A DNA stretch of 64,000 bases from an uncultured candidate division Zixibacteria bacterium (lineage in GTDB: Bacteria > Zixibacteria > MSB-5A5 > UBA10806 > 4484-95): contig CAXXKA010000004.1 of assembly GCA_963668625.2 (NCBI GenBank), positions 64,001 through 128,000 on the forward strand. Reading direction: 5' to 3'. A program made the translations under genes and the position numbers. A model generated the notes under the pieces. That model was given only the letters and a program-made list of their open reading frames with translations. It was not told the DNA's origin and did no database searches. Of this stretch, positions 41,530-51,740 are shown one piece after another (the stretch's first letter is position 1; each line of letters begins with the position of its first letter).

Positions 41530-44139
41530 ATGAGAAACAAAAATTTCCTGTTAATGATTATGTTAGCAGGCATTCTACTATTAAGCTCGGTAGTCCAAGC
41601 CCAGGAGGATGTTGGGGTGTCGGCTATTTTAAGCCCTCCCGATACGGTGGCATTAAATGCCTCCTATCCTCTCAAGGCAGTTATTTTTAATCTGGGCAGT
41701 CAACCGAGTTCATTTGAAGTAGTATTCACCGTCGAGCTTTCAGGCGCCGGTACTTTTGATGTTGCCGATACGGTCAGTATCACGGATATGCCAAACGGCA
41801 TGATCGATACTGTCGAGTTTGCCGCATCGTTTACACCAGCTACCGAGGGCACTTACGATGTGGTATCTTACACGGTACTGCTCGGGGATGAAAACCCAGG
41901 CAACGATCTGTACGAAAAACAAACAATGACGCACTGGGGCCTGGTATTATGGTTCGGCAATGTTTCGGGAGATCCGATTTCTACGGATATTAACAGTCGG
42001 ATTGATATCGATGTATATGCCCAAACCAACGATGACGTTGAGGTGGCCGATTGCCATGTGTGTCTGGGCGTGAATTTAACTTATATTGACAGCATGTTTT
42101 CATTAAATGAGGGAGTCTGGTACAGTCCGTTCACCAGTTGGGATGTCAACCAGTTCTATGATCCTGAATATGAACCTATTAGGATGCCCGAGGGATTCGG
42201 CAGTCAATCGTTCCAGGGATTCGCCAACATCATACCGCCATATGACGCACCCTTATTGCACTCGCTGGTTCCGATTAAGATATTGACTTTTGTCTGTAAA
42301 ACCGCAAACGACTCCTCTATTATAGGTGCAACCGCCGAGGCTCTGGTTAAGGGCGATAACAGCATCCAGGGACCATCGAATGCGGGTGATCCATCAGGAT
42401 CGATTATATATCCGATTCTCGAACACTACACGCCATTGTATTTTCGTGGCGCAGGTATTCTTCGCGGCACGGTCACCGATCAGATAGGTGATCCGCTGGG
42501 CGGCGTGCTGGTTACGGATATTAACTCATCCCGTACGACTTATACCGAACCAAACGGCTCTTACCGACTCGAAAACCTCTTCCCCGGCAGTCACGATATC
42601 AGCTTTTCGCATTCAAGCCAACGTGACACCATAGTGACCGATGTAAATATTCCGGCTAACGGTACCAGGGTGTTGAATGTCCAGATGGAAGAACTGCCGT
42701 TTGATGATGTCGGTGTCACCGCGATTTTGAGCCCGCCGGCTTTCGTGCAGCAAAACATCAACTATCCGTTAAAATCTCAGGTAGCTAATATGGGAACGGC
42801 CACGAGTTCATTCGAGGTCATATTCGAGGCTTATATCCTGGGAGAGGCTACTCCACTGGTTGCAGACACGTTCGATGTAGTTGACATGGCAGGCGGAACG
42901 ATCGATACGATTACTTTCAGTCAGACTCTTTTTACCGCTTTAGATACTACTTATGAATTCGTTTCGTACTCACTCCTGGGCGCGGATGTCGACATTTCCA
43001 ACGACACTTCTTATGCCTCCAGTTCGATATTTTTCGGAGTAAATGCCTGGTACGGGTCGATCGAATCCGATCCGCTGGCGGCCAATATTGGAGACAGGCT
43101 GCCGATTGATGTTTATATCGAAACGGTCGAAGATATTTATCTGTCGTTTATCCATCTAAGCTTAGGAGCGAAAAAGCAGTTCATTGACAGCCTGTTGAGC
43201 AAAGATGAAGGCGTACTTCACTACCCGTTCACTGAATGGGATATTGCCCAATTCTCATCCACTCAGGGAACTCCCCCGAATCCCGATGGTTGGGCAAGCC
43301 AGTCATTTATCGGATTCAGCAGTATCGGTTCCGCTCGAAATCCCTGGCTTCATTTCGAAACCCCGACGAAGATTTTGACATTCATGGCGAAGGTGGTGGA
43401 CGACCCACTGCTTGTCGGAGATACAATCCAATGTTTCGGCCCGGGTGAAAACACAACATTCGGACCATCGAACGCCAGTGATACTCTTGTTCTCAACAAT
43501 TATCCGATAGTCGAGATTTTCTCGCCGATCTATTTCAAAGCGGTTGGTTTTGTTACCGGTACGGTAAGAGACGCCGCCGATGATCCGATCGAGGGAGTAA
43601 CCGTAACGGCTATAGGCTCCGGTATATCCGATAGCACCAACGGCCTCGGCGTTTACGCACTGGATAGCGTAACGGTTGGAATCTACGATATTTTATTTAC
43701 GCATCCGGTTTATCGTGAAACGACCGTCACCGACGTTGAAGTGCTTTTACGCGAAACAACCATACTCGACATGGTGCTGGCCTTCCCCTGCGAATATCTG
43801 CCGGGCGATGTTAACGCCGACGGCCACATATACGGCGCGGATGTCAGCTATCTCGTGAATTACCTTCGCGGAGCCGGACCTCAACCTCCTGATAGCTGTT
43901 TCAATACCAACGAAGACGAATGGCTTTATTCAGCGGCGGATGTCAACGCAGATTGCAGAATTACCGGCGCTGATGTTTCCGTACTGGTTAACTATTTCAG
44001 GGGTCTGCTGGCCTTGAGTTATTGCCCGTTTACTCCTCCGCCAAGTGGCGTTTTAGAATCAATAGCTAAGCAAAATCTTGAATATCCTATAAAGAAACCC
44101 GAATCATCAATCTCACTGGATATGGAGGATGAGCGATGA
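41530..44139 (+). CDS. Secreted protein: 2x (CARDB-like + cohesin-like + carboxypeptidase-regulatory-like) + dockerin-like
   Basis: Internal duplication beginning DVGVSAILSPP / DVGVTAILSPP; GTVTD/GTVRD transthyretin-like repeats; GDVNADGHIYGADVSYL and ADVNADCRITGADVS; GGAGGT RBS before ATG 41530. The cohesin call is inference. Confidence 0.8.
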   Translation: MRNKNFLLMIMLAGILLLSSVVQAQEDVGVSAILSPPDTVALNASYPLKAVIFNLGSQPSSFEVVFTVELSGAGTFDVADTVSITDMPNGMIDTVEFAASFTPATEGTYDVVSYTVLLGDENPGNDLYEKQTMTHWGLVLWFGNVSGDPISTDINSRIDIDVYAQTNDDVEVADCHVCLGVNLTYIDSMFSLNEGVWYSPFTSWDVNQFYDPEYEPIRMPEGFGSQSFQGFANIIPPYDAPLLHSLVPIKILTFVCKTANDSSIIGATAEALVKGDNSIQGPSNAGDPSGSIIYPILEHYTPLYFRGAGILRGTVTDQIGDPLGGVLVTDINSSRTTYTEPNGSYRLENLFPGSHDISFSHSSQRDTIVTDVNIPANGTRVLNVQMEELPFDDVGVTAILSPPAFVQQNINYPLKSQVANMGTATSSFEVIFEAYILGEATPLVADTFDVVDMAGGTIDTITFSQTLFTALDTTYEFVSYSLLGADVDISNDTSYASSSIFFGVNAWYGSIESDPLAANIGDRLPIDVYIETVEDIYLSFIHLSLGAKKQFIDSLLSKDEGVLHYPFTEWDIAQFSSTQGTPPNPDGWASQSFIGFSSIGSARNPWLHFETPTKILTFMAKVVDDPLLVGDTIQCFGPGENTTFGPSNASDTLVLNNYPIVEIFSPIYFKAVGFVTGTVRDAADDPIEGVTVTAIGSGISDSTNGLGVYALDSVTVGIYDILFTHPVYRETTVTDVEVLLRETTILDMVLAFPCEYLPGDVNADGHIYGADVSYLVNYLRGAGPQPPDSCFNTNEDEWLYSAADVNADCRITGADVSVLVNYFRGLLALSYCPFTPPPSGVLESIAKQNLEYPIKKPESSISLDMEDER

Positions 44140-46010
44140 AAAAGCTTTTGATTATATTACTGATTATAGCAGGCGTCGTTTCGGCATATGCTATAACACC
44201 TTTTAGCACCGATGATCCCACGGCATTAGTAGCGAAAAAAACAGCCATCTCTCCTGCTAATAAGGCGCAATCCGATGAATCCGTAAAACTGGCGACCGAC
44301 AACAATCGTCCGGGCACTCCCCTGCTGTCATCCGTGGACTGCCCCGCCGGAGCGAACTCCGAGGCCGAAGTATGCGGTGATGATACCAACGGCGGTTGCT
44401 TGATGGCTCCCGGAACCGAGCAGTTCGAAGCTATTAGCTGCGGTGATGCCGTATGCGGTACTTACTGGTCGGATGATGTCGATAGGGATCTCGACTGGTA
44501 TGAGCTCAATCTCACCGAGCGCGGTTTCATAAAATGGACAGCCGTCGGCGAAGCACCTACTCGTATCTGGATGTATGACGGCAGCGCCGGCTGTGCCGAC
44601 CCGGTGTATTTAGCATCGACCGCAGCCGATCCCGAGGATACGGCGATGGTTGAAATCGAGCTAACGGCCGGTACTTACTGGCTTGTAGTCGGGCCGGATG
44701 ACTGGTACGATATGCCCTGTGACGGCAGTGGTGACTACCCCAACGACTATGTCGTGATGGTCGAGTGCGAACTGGGGACTCCGGTTATTGATGTCACCCC
44801 GGATAGCATTTACGGTGAGGCTCTCGAGGGTTATTCGACTACGGAAAACCTGACTATAGCCAACACTGGAGCCGGTAGATTAAAATTCACGGTTGCGGCG
44901 ACTCAGGATTTCATAATGACCTTGTCCAACTCTGAAAATGAAAGGGACATAGACTTTGATCAACTCGATATCGAGACATTAATTTCCAGAGAATATTCCG
45001 ATGCCTATCGGGAATTCATCGAAAGCAATAATCTGAGTATGGAAAACCGGCAATCGGAGAATCCGCTTATCAGCGCTGTCGATTGCCCGCCCGATGGCGT
45101 GGCCGAAGCGGAAGCTTGCGGCGATAACACAAACGGCGGCTGTGCCATGTCGCCCGGTACCGAGGCATGGGAAACGATCTCCTGCAACTCCAGCGTATGT
45201 GGTACTGTCTGGTCGGATGGTACGAACCGTGACACTGACTGGTATCTCATGAGCCTGACCGAGTCAACTCTTTTGAACTGGTCGGTTACGGCTGATTTTC
45301 CGCTCATGACTATACTTCTGTTACCCGGCGAATTGGGTAATGGTTGCGGAGATTACGAAGCGTTGTTTATCGATTTAGCAGATCCCGGCGATACTGCTAA
45401 AGTAATCGCCAACTTGCCTGCCGGTGATTACTGGCTCTGGGTCGGGCCGACAGCCTGGTATGATATGCCCTGTGATGGCAGTGGTGATTATCCCAATGAC
45501 TATGTCGGTAGCCTCACTTGCGATCCGCCATGGCTGAATATCGATATTGCCGGGGGTACCATTCATCAGGGTGATGCTCCGGTTGAGATATCGATTCTTC
45601 TTGACGCCGCTGATCTGGTACCCGGAACGTATACAGGAGCTTTGCAGGTCAATTCGAATGATGATAGTAACAATCCGGTAGATATACCGATCGTTTTCGT
45701 TGTCAATAAAGTATTCGGATATATGCCCGGTGACGCTAACATGGCGGCAGGTATATGGCCAGCAACCGTTGATAATACCGATATCACCTACATGGTGGAG
45801 TATTTCAGAAAACACAATGATGGTTGTGAATTCGAGGGGTTTTTCGCCTCGGCGGATGCCAACGGTGACTGCCGGGTGAACGTAACTGATGTTACTTACC
45901 TGGTGCGCTACCTGGCGGGATTAGGCGGAACGCCACTTCATTGCCCGGCTTTCCCGGCTATGCCTCCGGTTCAGGAAACATATCCCGAATGCCAGATTAT
46001 AGAGTACTAG
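44136..46010 (+). CDS. Secreted Cys-rich protein with two CPxxxxxEAExCGD modules, split Ig-like domain and dockerin-like domain
   Basis: Internal repeat ...WYDMPCDGSGDYPNDYV twice; YMPGDANMAAGIWP...ADANGDCRVNVTDVTYL; ATGA overlap with the upstream gene. Confidence 0.85.
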   Translation: MKKLLIILLIIAGVVSAYAITPFSTDDPTALVAKKTAISPANKAQSDESVKLATDNNRPGTPLLSSVDCPAGANSEAEVCGDDTNGGCLMAPGTEQFEAISCGDAVCGTYWSDDVDRDLDWYELNLTERGFIKWTAVGEAPTRIWMYDGSAGCADPVYLASTAADPEDTAMVEIELTAGTYWLVVGPDDWYDMPCDGSGDYPNDYVVMVECELGTPVIDVTPDSIYGEALEGYSTTENLTIANTGAGRLKFTVAATQDFIMTLSNSENERDIDFDQLDIETLISREYSDAYREFIESNNLSMENRQSENPLISAVDCPPDGVAEAEACGDNTNGGCAMSPGTEAWETISCNSSVCGTVWSDGTNRDTDWYLMSLTESTLLNWSVTADFPLMTILLLPGELGNGCGDYEALFIDLADPGDTAKVIANLPAGDYWLWVGPTAWYDMPCDGSGDYPNDYVGSLTCDPPWLNIDIAGGTIHQGDAPVEISILLDAADLVPGTYTGALQVNSNDDSNNPVDIPIVFVVNKVFGYMPGDANMAAGIWPATVDNTDITYMVEYFRKHNDGCEFEGFFASADANGDCRVNVTDVTYLVRYLAGLGGTPLHCPAFPAMPPVQETYPECQIIEY

Positions 46011-46038
46011 TAATCGCATAAATCGTTAAGGCAAATTT

Positions 46039-46066
46039 AAAGCCGCTCGAATCCGGGCGGCTTTTT
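46039..46066. terminator. Bidirectional intrinsic terminator
   Basis: AAAGCCGCTCG-AATC-CGGGCGGCTTT between convergent genes. Confidence 0.75.
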
Positions 46067-47681
46067 AATTAATGGGCTGCAGGGAAAAATCAATCTCATC
46101 CGAGGGTGGAACCGATATCGAATACGTTTCGGGATAATACCCGCTCTTGCTAATCTCCACCTGATATTCAGCCGAATTCAAATTAGGCAGAAGGAAATAT
46201 CCTGAGCTATCGGAGCTTATCGATAATTCCTCGTCGGTTTCGTTTTTCAAAGCGATATCAGCAACAATACCTCTATTGGTGATACTATCAACGATATACC
46301 CGGAAAGCGAGGGATAGTTAATAGCATCCCTGACATTGATAATACCCCAACCGAAACGGATATCAGGACGATTAGCCCGGCTGCCGGTTTCCAAAATCGC
46401 TTCTTTCACCTGCATGGGGGCCCAGTCCGGATGCGCCTGGATGATAAGCGCCGCCGCCCCGGCAACCAGAGGGCAAGAAAGCGAAGTACCGTTCCACTTG
46501 CCGAAACTATCGGTGGTATAAGGCGAGGCGGCAATAGTTGCCACCGCCCGGGCGCATATATCCGGCTTTATTCTACCATCGGTAGTCGGCCCCCAGGAGG
46601 AGCGACGGTATAGCAAACCGTTCCACTGCACACCGCCTATGCCTAATGACTTCGGCGAATCGGCAGGCGCTCCCAGAGTAAAACGACCCGGCCCGGAGTT
46701 ACCCATAGAGGAACAGAGTATCATCCCCTTATCGAACGCTATATTAGCTGCAATGGTGGTAACGCAGGTCACGCCATCGAAATCATCATCACTGTACCAA
46801 TTAGAGTAAGACAGTGAGGATGAGGCCAGATCAGCTCCCATCAACTCGCCCCATTCCAGCCCGGCTACGTAGTAGTCCTCCTCGACTGCCGTTTCCGAAC
46901 CTGTCTCCTCGGTTTTGCATAATATGTATGAGGCGGCAAACGCCGGTCCTATAAGCTCTCCCGGATAATAACCGCCGATAGTACCGAGACATCCCGTACC
47001 ATGCCTGGCTTGCCCCGGCCTGTCCTGACTATCATCCTGTCCCACGAAATCATCATCGTTGATAAAATCATGGCTGGCAATGATATTCATATGGTTGAAA
47101 GCATGATGGTATAACTCGAAGCCCGTATCGAGGAAACAGATAATGATATCCTCACCGTGAAATCCCCGCTCATGTGCCCAGATAGCGTTCATCTGCTCCA
47201 ACTGACGAAACGAAGCGCCATAATCCATTCCGGTTGGATGCTCCTGGTAGTTCCTCTCGCCCGCTTGCCAGCTTTCGGTTATCTCGTAGTTTAGAGATTG
47301 CGGATCGGAACTTGCGACCGGCTGTATTCGATCTATGATTTCCAGTTTTTCGATCTCTGCCAAATTCGGGATTAATACTACGACACTGACGGCGTTCAAC
47401 CATCTGCTTTGCTGCCTGATATCGACTACATGTTCGGTAATTATATCGAGGTATTTTTCATAAATCGGCAAATCATCATAATCGGCAACTATACCCGAAC
47501 CAAGCGCTTTAGCTCGTCTCTGAATAGTCCTTTCCGGTAGACTTTTTTGGAATTCGACTATACGCGATTCGATATCGGGGCCTTTATCTTTGAAAAATAA
47601 CCAGTACACCCCGGTGCTATCATCGGCATTTGCAACTGCCAGCACAAACAGCAATATTATCGTAATTATATATCTCATCAA
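46065..47681 (-). CDS. Secreted S8 (subtilisin-like) serine peptidase with C-terminal carboxypeptidase-regulatory-like domain
   Basis: FLDTG, HGTGC, SMGNSG, KPDICA, NGTSLSCPLVAGAAAL. Confidence 0.93.
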   Translation of the reverse strand: MMRYIITIILLFVLAVANADDSTGVYWLFFKDKGPDIESRIVEFQKSLPERTIQRRAKALGSGIVADYDDLPIYEKYLDIITEHVVDIRQQSRWLNAVSVVVLIPNLAEIEKLEIIDRIQPVASSDPQSLNYEITESWQAGERNYQEHPTGMDYGASFRQLEQMNAIWAHERGFHGEDIIICFLDTGFELYHHAFNHMNIIASHDFINDDDFVGQDDSQDRPGQARHGTGCLGTIGGYYPGELIGPAFAASYILCKTEETGSETAVEEDYYVAGLEWGELMGADLASSSLSYSNWYSDDDFDGVTCVTTIAANIAFDKGMILCSSMGNSGPGRFTLGAPADSPKSLGIGGVQWNGLLYRRSSWGPTTDGRIKPDICARAVATIAASPYTTDSFGKWNGTSLSCPLVAGAAALIIQAHPDWAPMQVKEAILETGSRANRPDIRFGWGIINVRDAINYPSLSGYIVDSITNRGIVADIALKNETDEELSISSDSSGYFLLPNLNSAEYQVEISKSGYYPETYSISVPPSDEIDFSLQPIN

Positions 47682-49003
47682 TAACTATACTCCACTGAGT
47701 AAGTGAGCGTTTTCTCCTGCCCGGGTTTGACAATCAGGTTGAATTCGATATTTTGAAAATCCTTCTTGATGAAATCATCACTTTCTGAAACGATATCCCA
47801 GTAACCGTACAGTTCCTCGGCTACTATCACCATCACGCTCTCGCTTTTATGATTGCGAATTTTGATCTCGAACGTATCCGAGTTACGATTGCGGCCGATT
47901 TTTTTGTGCTCGATACGCTTGCGCTCGGCGGTAATATCGAACGCCGTGCCCAGGTATATCTCGGCTTTTTCGCCGGAGGGAGTGCCCTCGAACATACCTG
48001 AGCCCAAAAACGAACCGGTTTTCTTATCGAAAATATTCATCCTGCCCGCCGGTAACGGCAGACCGAGTCCGGAGGTTTTATCATTTTTAAAAGATATCAT
48101 AGCTTTAACATCGGATTTAGTCTCCGACCATTCGTACTTATAATAATGCTCGACCTCTATCTCGGGCTGTTCGAACATATACGCCTGCTTATTCTCTCTC
48201 TCGCCGATAGTCACCCTGAAAGGCAGTCTATAACGATGGTAATCCACCAGCGGTTCGAGCTTTGCCTCGCGGGCTTTCACGGCCGTGCCGGAAACCGCCT
48301 GCTCGGCGGAGCCTGAGGTGGCCTCCTCACGCTCGACCTGTCCGGCAACGAGAATGATATCGGCATTGGGGAAAGCCACGCCGCACTCGTTTACGAAATT
48401 CACCCGGGCCGAAAGATCAGCGCTTTTGCCGCCATCGTATATCAGATGGTATTCGGTATGCCAGCTTAAGCCCCCGGTGAGATACGACAGGGTAATCTCA
48501 CCGCTCCCGGTCGCTTTGGAGTCGATGGTGACCTGGATTTGCGGTTGGGTAATCAATTCGGCCGGGATATCGGGCAGCTTGATATATTCGAAATCTTTAC
48601 GTTCGTAAATAAATACGCCTCCCTTGTAAATATTGGAGGCGATATACAGATAATCATCATCGTAGGAAAGTAGTTTGCCGGTATACAGTGAATCATCCTT
48701 TTTATATTCGATATTCTCGCCGAGGTATTTCTGGTATATACGTTCACCGCAAATTAAATCGTACTGGTAATCGATAGTCCTGATATCGAATTTATTGCTC
48801 CTGACATCAATGGATGCCGGATCGAGTTTCACCGCTATATCATCCAGTGAGATAACGTCCTCGCCTTTGGTGATATTGACCCGGCGTCCCTCGGTAACCT
48901 GCGAGAAACCATCATTATAGATATTAATAGTTATGTCTCTGTCATCCGCCACGGACACGGCGCATATAACGATTGCCAGGATAAGCGTTAACACGAATCT
49001 CAT
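47678..49003 (-). CDS. DUF4139-domain secreted protein
   Basis: NIYNDGFSQV, LSYLTGGLSW, GLPLPAGRM, LGTAFDI; GGAGG before ATG 49003/49006. Confidence 0.82.
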   Translation of the reverse strand: MRFVLTLILAIVICAVSVADDRDITINIYNDGFSQVTEGRRVNITKGEDVISLDDIAVKLDPASIDVRSNKFDIRTIDYQYDLICGERIYQKYLGENIEYKKDDSLYTGKLLSYDDDYLYIASNIYKGGVFIYERKDFEYIKLPDIPAELITQPQIQVTIDSKATGSGEITLSYLTGGLSWHTEYHLIYDGGKSADLSARVNFVNECGVAFPNADIILVAGQVEREEATSGSAEQAVSGTAVKAREAKLEPLVDYHRYRLPFRVTIGERENKQAYMFEQPEIEVEHYYKYEWSETKSDVKAMISFKNDKTSGLGLPLPAGRMNIFDKKTGSFLGSGMFEGTPSGEKAEIYLGTAFDITAERKRIEHKKIGRNRNSDTFEIKIRNHKSESVMVIVAEELYGYWDIVSESDDFIKKDFQNIEFNLIVKPGQEKTLTYSVEYSY

Positions 49004-49179
49004 CATTCCTCCGATTATGCTAAATAGGTATTCTATTTTCAAAAGCCATATTTTAAATTGATATTACATTTTACTTTATCGGGTCAAGATCATTTTGTAT
49101 TATATGCATAACTGTACTATTCGGGCGGGAACAAAGGCGCTTGATGGTAGTTTAGCATCATAAGAGACAAGGAGCAATA

Positions 49180-50451
49180 ATGAAAAAGATAATTTTCAGC
49201 GTGGTTTTCATTGCTATTATCGCATTATTAATAATATTCAACCCGTTCGGATCATCCGGCAAATCCGATGCCTCCATCGTACGCTCCTCTACCGCCGTCA
49301 TCGACAAAGGCAATATAGTAATATCGATAATTTCCACGGGTATAATAGAACCGATTCACACCGTCGAGCTAAAATCGAAAGCCTCCGGCGAGATCATCGA
49401 TTTCTCGTTCGAGGAGGGTGATCGGGTCAAAAAAGGCGAGCTGATACTCAGGCTCGACCCGATTACCGCCAGAAACGAGTACGATCAGGCAAAAGCCGAT
49501 CTGGACGTTGCCGAGGCCTCCCTGAGCAAAGCCGAAAAACAGGCCGCCCGCGCGGAGAAAATGTTCTCGCAGGAAATGATATCCGAGGAAGAGTTCGAGA
49601 ACATCGTTCTGGAAAAAGAGCAGGCAAACTCGAGCCTGGTGCGAGCCAGGACATCTTTATCGGACGCTGAGGAGCAATTATCTGATACCGAGATCGAGTC
49701 GCCGATCAATGGCCTTATCCTAACCAAGCTGGTCGAGGAGGGGCAAATTATAGCCTCTGGTATCTCGGCGGTTTCAGGCGGCACCACGATCGCCACTATC
49801 GCCGATCTATCCAGGGTATATGTCCGCGCCTCGGTTGATGAGGTCGATATCGGCCAGATACAGGCAGGCCAGAAAGCCACGGTAATCGCCGAATCATATC
49901 CTGATCGGGAATTCGAGGGCATAATAAAGCGCATACATCCACAGGCAATAGTCGAAAGCAACGTTACTACTTTCGATGTCACTATCGAGATCGATAACAG
50001 CGATGAACTCCTGATGGCCGGCATGAACGCCAGTGTCGAGATCACCGCCGGTTTTAAAGAGAACGTTCTATTAGTACCCCGCGAGGCGCTTAGCGATGCC
50101 CGGTCTATGTTCAGGATGGCCGGTATGAATCCCTCCGGCAATCGTAATGGCGGCGGTGGTGGACGGCCTCAGCAGGCGATCAATCACCAATCAGGACAGG
50201 GCGATAATCCAGGCGGCGGAAATGACGGTAAATCAGGGAAAAGCACTAAGATGGTTATAGTCACCAACAACGGCGAACAGGATCCCCGACCGGTAGAGAT
50301 CGGCCTGGCTAATTTCGAGGTGGCCGAGGTTGTCTCGGGGCTGGCCGAGGGCGATACCGTCTTGACAACCGTATCCTCGAAGGCTTTGCAGGATAGAGAA
50401 CAATTACTGGAACGTATGAAACGCTGGAATCAGCTTCCGGGAAGGAAATAG
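49180..50451 (+). CDS. MacA-like periplasmic adaptor (efflux RND MFP)
   Basis: N-terminal TM, lipoyl halves VELKSKASGEI / IESPINGLI, VDEVDIGQI. Confidence 0.92.
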   Translation: MKKIIFSVVFIAIIALLIIFNPFGSSGKSDASIVRSSTAVIDKGNIVISIISTGIIEPIHTVELKSKASGEIIDFSFEEGDRVKKGELILRLDPITARNEYDQAKADLDVAEASLSKAEKQAARAEKMFSQEMISEEEFENIVLEKEQANSSLVRARTSLSDAEEQLSDTEIESPINGLILTKLVEEGQIIASGISAVSGGTTIATIADLSRVYVRASVDEVDIGQIQAGQKATVIAESYPDREFEGIIKRIHPQAIVESNVTTFDVTIEIDNSDELLMAGMNASVEITAGFKENVLLVPREALSDARSMFRMAGMNPSGNRNGGGGGRPQQAINHQSGQGDNPGGGNDGKSGKSTKMVIVTNNGEQDPRPVEIGLANFEVAEVVSGLAEGDTVLTTVSSKALQDREQLLERMKRWNQLPGRK

Positions 50452-50456
50452 CCGGT

Positions 50457-51677
50457 ATGAACTGGTTTCAATTCATTGGCGTGAGTTTCAGCTCACTTCT
50501 GGCAAATAAAGTCCGTTCGTTTCTCACCATGCTGGGTATCATTATAGGAGTTGGAGCGGTTATCACCATGATATCTCTGGGGCAAGGCGCGCAAAAAGCA
50601 GTCTCGGACCGCCTGGAGGCGTTAGGCACTAACTTGCTATATGTCCGCTCGGGGGCGATGCATGGTCCGGGTAGAGTACGGTCAGCGGCCGGCTCGGTGG
50701 AACGGCTGAATGAGAAAGATATGAAACGCCTTCAAGCGGAATGCGAGGCTATCGATTATGTAGTACCTGAAATTCGAGGTAACTCGCAGGTCATATACGG
50801 CAACAAAAACTGGAACACGACTGTCATTGGCACCAGCCCGGAATATTCCTTGCTGCGTAATTTCACGATCGGCGAGGGTGAGATGTTCTCTCATCACGAT
50901 GTAAACGCTATTGCCAGAACCGCTGTGATAGGCCCGACCGTGGCCGAAAATCTGTTCGGCGATTCGTTTCCTCTGGGCAAGACAATCCGTGTCGGTCGGC
51001 TGCGTTTTACGGTGGTCGGCGTAACCGAATCCAAAGGCGTATCGGGCGGCTGGATGGATTATGATGATATAATCTTGATACCGTATACTACCGCCCAGAA
51101 ACGCGTTTTCGGCATAGATAATTTGAACAGGTTTATCGCGCGTTTGAAAGATGAAAATATGCTGCGCGCCGCTTACGTGGAAATCGAGAGCGTCCTGCGT
51201 AAATCACATCGCCTGCGACCTGATCAGGACAACGATTTCTTCATTCAATCGATGACTGATTATGCCTCGGCCCGCGAGGAAACTACCAACACACTAACCT
51301 ACCTTCTGGCGGGTGTGGCGCTGGTATCGCTCATTGTAGGCGGTATCGGAATCATGAATATCATGCTGGTTTCGGTCACCGAGCGTACCCGCGAGATCGG
51401 AGTGCGTATGGCGGTCGGCGCTAAACGTCGCGATATACTGATCCAGTTCATACTGGAGTCGATTACGCTATCATTGCTCGGCGGCTTGCTGGGTATAGTT
51501 GCGGGTATCGGCGCGTCTTATTCGATGTCGGAATTTTTCGGCTGGACTACGCTTATCGCTCCGGCGGCGGTGGTTGTCTCGTTTTTATTCGCGTTCGCGG
51601 TTGGCGTATTTTTCGGTATCTACCCCGCTCGTAAAGCCTCGCTGATGGACCCGATAGAGGCATTGAGGTGGGAGTAG
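50457..51677 (+). CDS. MacB/FtsX-like ABC permease
   Basis: RSFLTMLGIIIGV, GGIGIMNIMLVSVTERTREIG, YPARKASLMDPIEAL. Confidence 0.95.
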   Translation: MNWFQFIGVSFSSLLANKVRSFLTMLGIIIGVGAVITMISLGQGAQKAVSDRLEALGTNLLYVRSGAMHGPGRVRSAAGSVERLNEKDMKRLQAECEAIDYVVPEIRGNSQVIYGNKNWNTTVIGTSPEYSLLRNFTIGEGEMFSHHDVNAIARTAVIGPTVAENLFGDSFPLGKTIRVGRLRFTVVGVTESKGVSGGWMDYDDIILIPYTTAQKRVFGIDNLNRFIARLKDENMLRAAYVEIESVLRKSHRLRPDQDNDFFIQSMTDYASAREETTNTLTYLLAGVALVSLIVGGIGIMNIMLVSVTERTREIGVRMAVGAKRRDILIQFILESITLSLLGGLLGIVAGIGASYSMSEFFGWTTLIAPAAVVVSFLFAFAVGVFFGIYPARKASLMDPIEALRWE

Positions 51678-51690
51678 TTTTATTTAAAAC

Positions 51691-51714
51691 AAAAGGCGGC
51701 ACTAAGGCCGCCTT
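51691..51714. terminator. Hairpin between convergent genes
   Basis: AAGGCGGC-ACTAAG-GCCGCCTT. Confidence 0.7.
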
Positions 51715-51740
51715 CCGGAATTTGCAATTTTCGTTAACTT

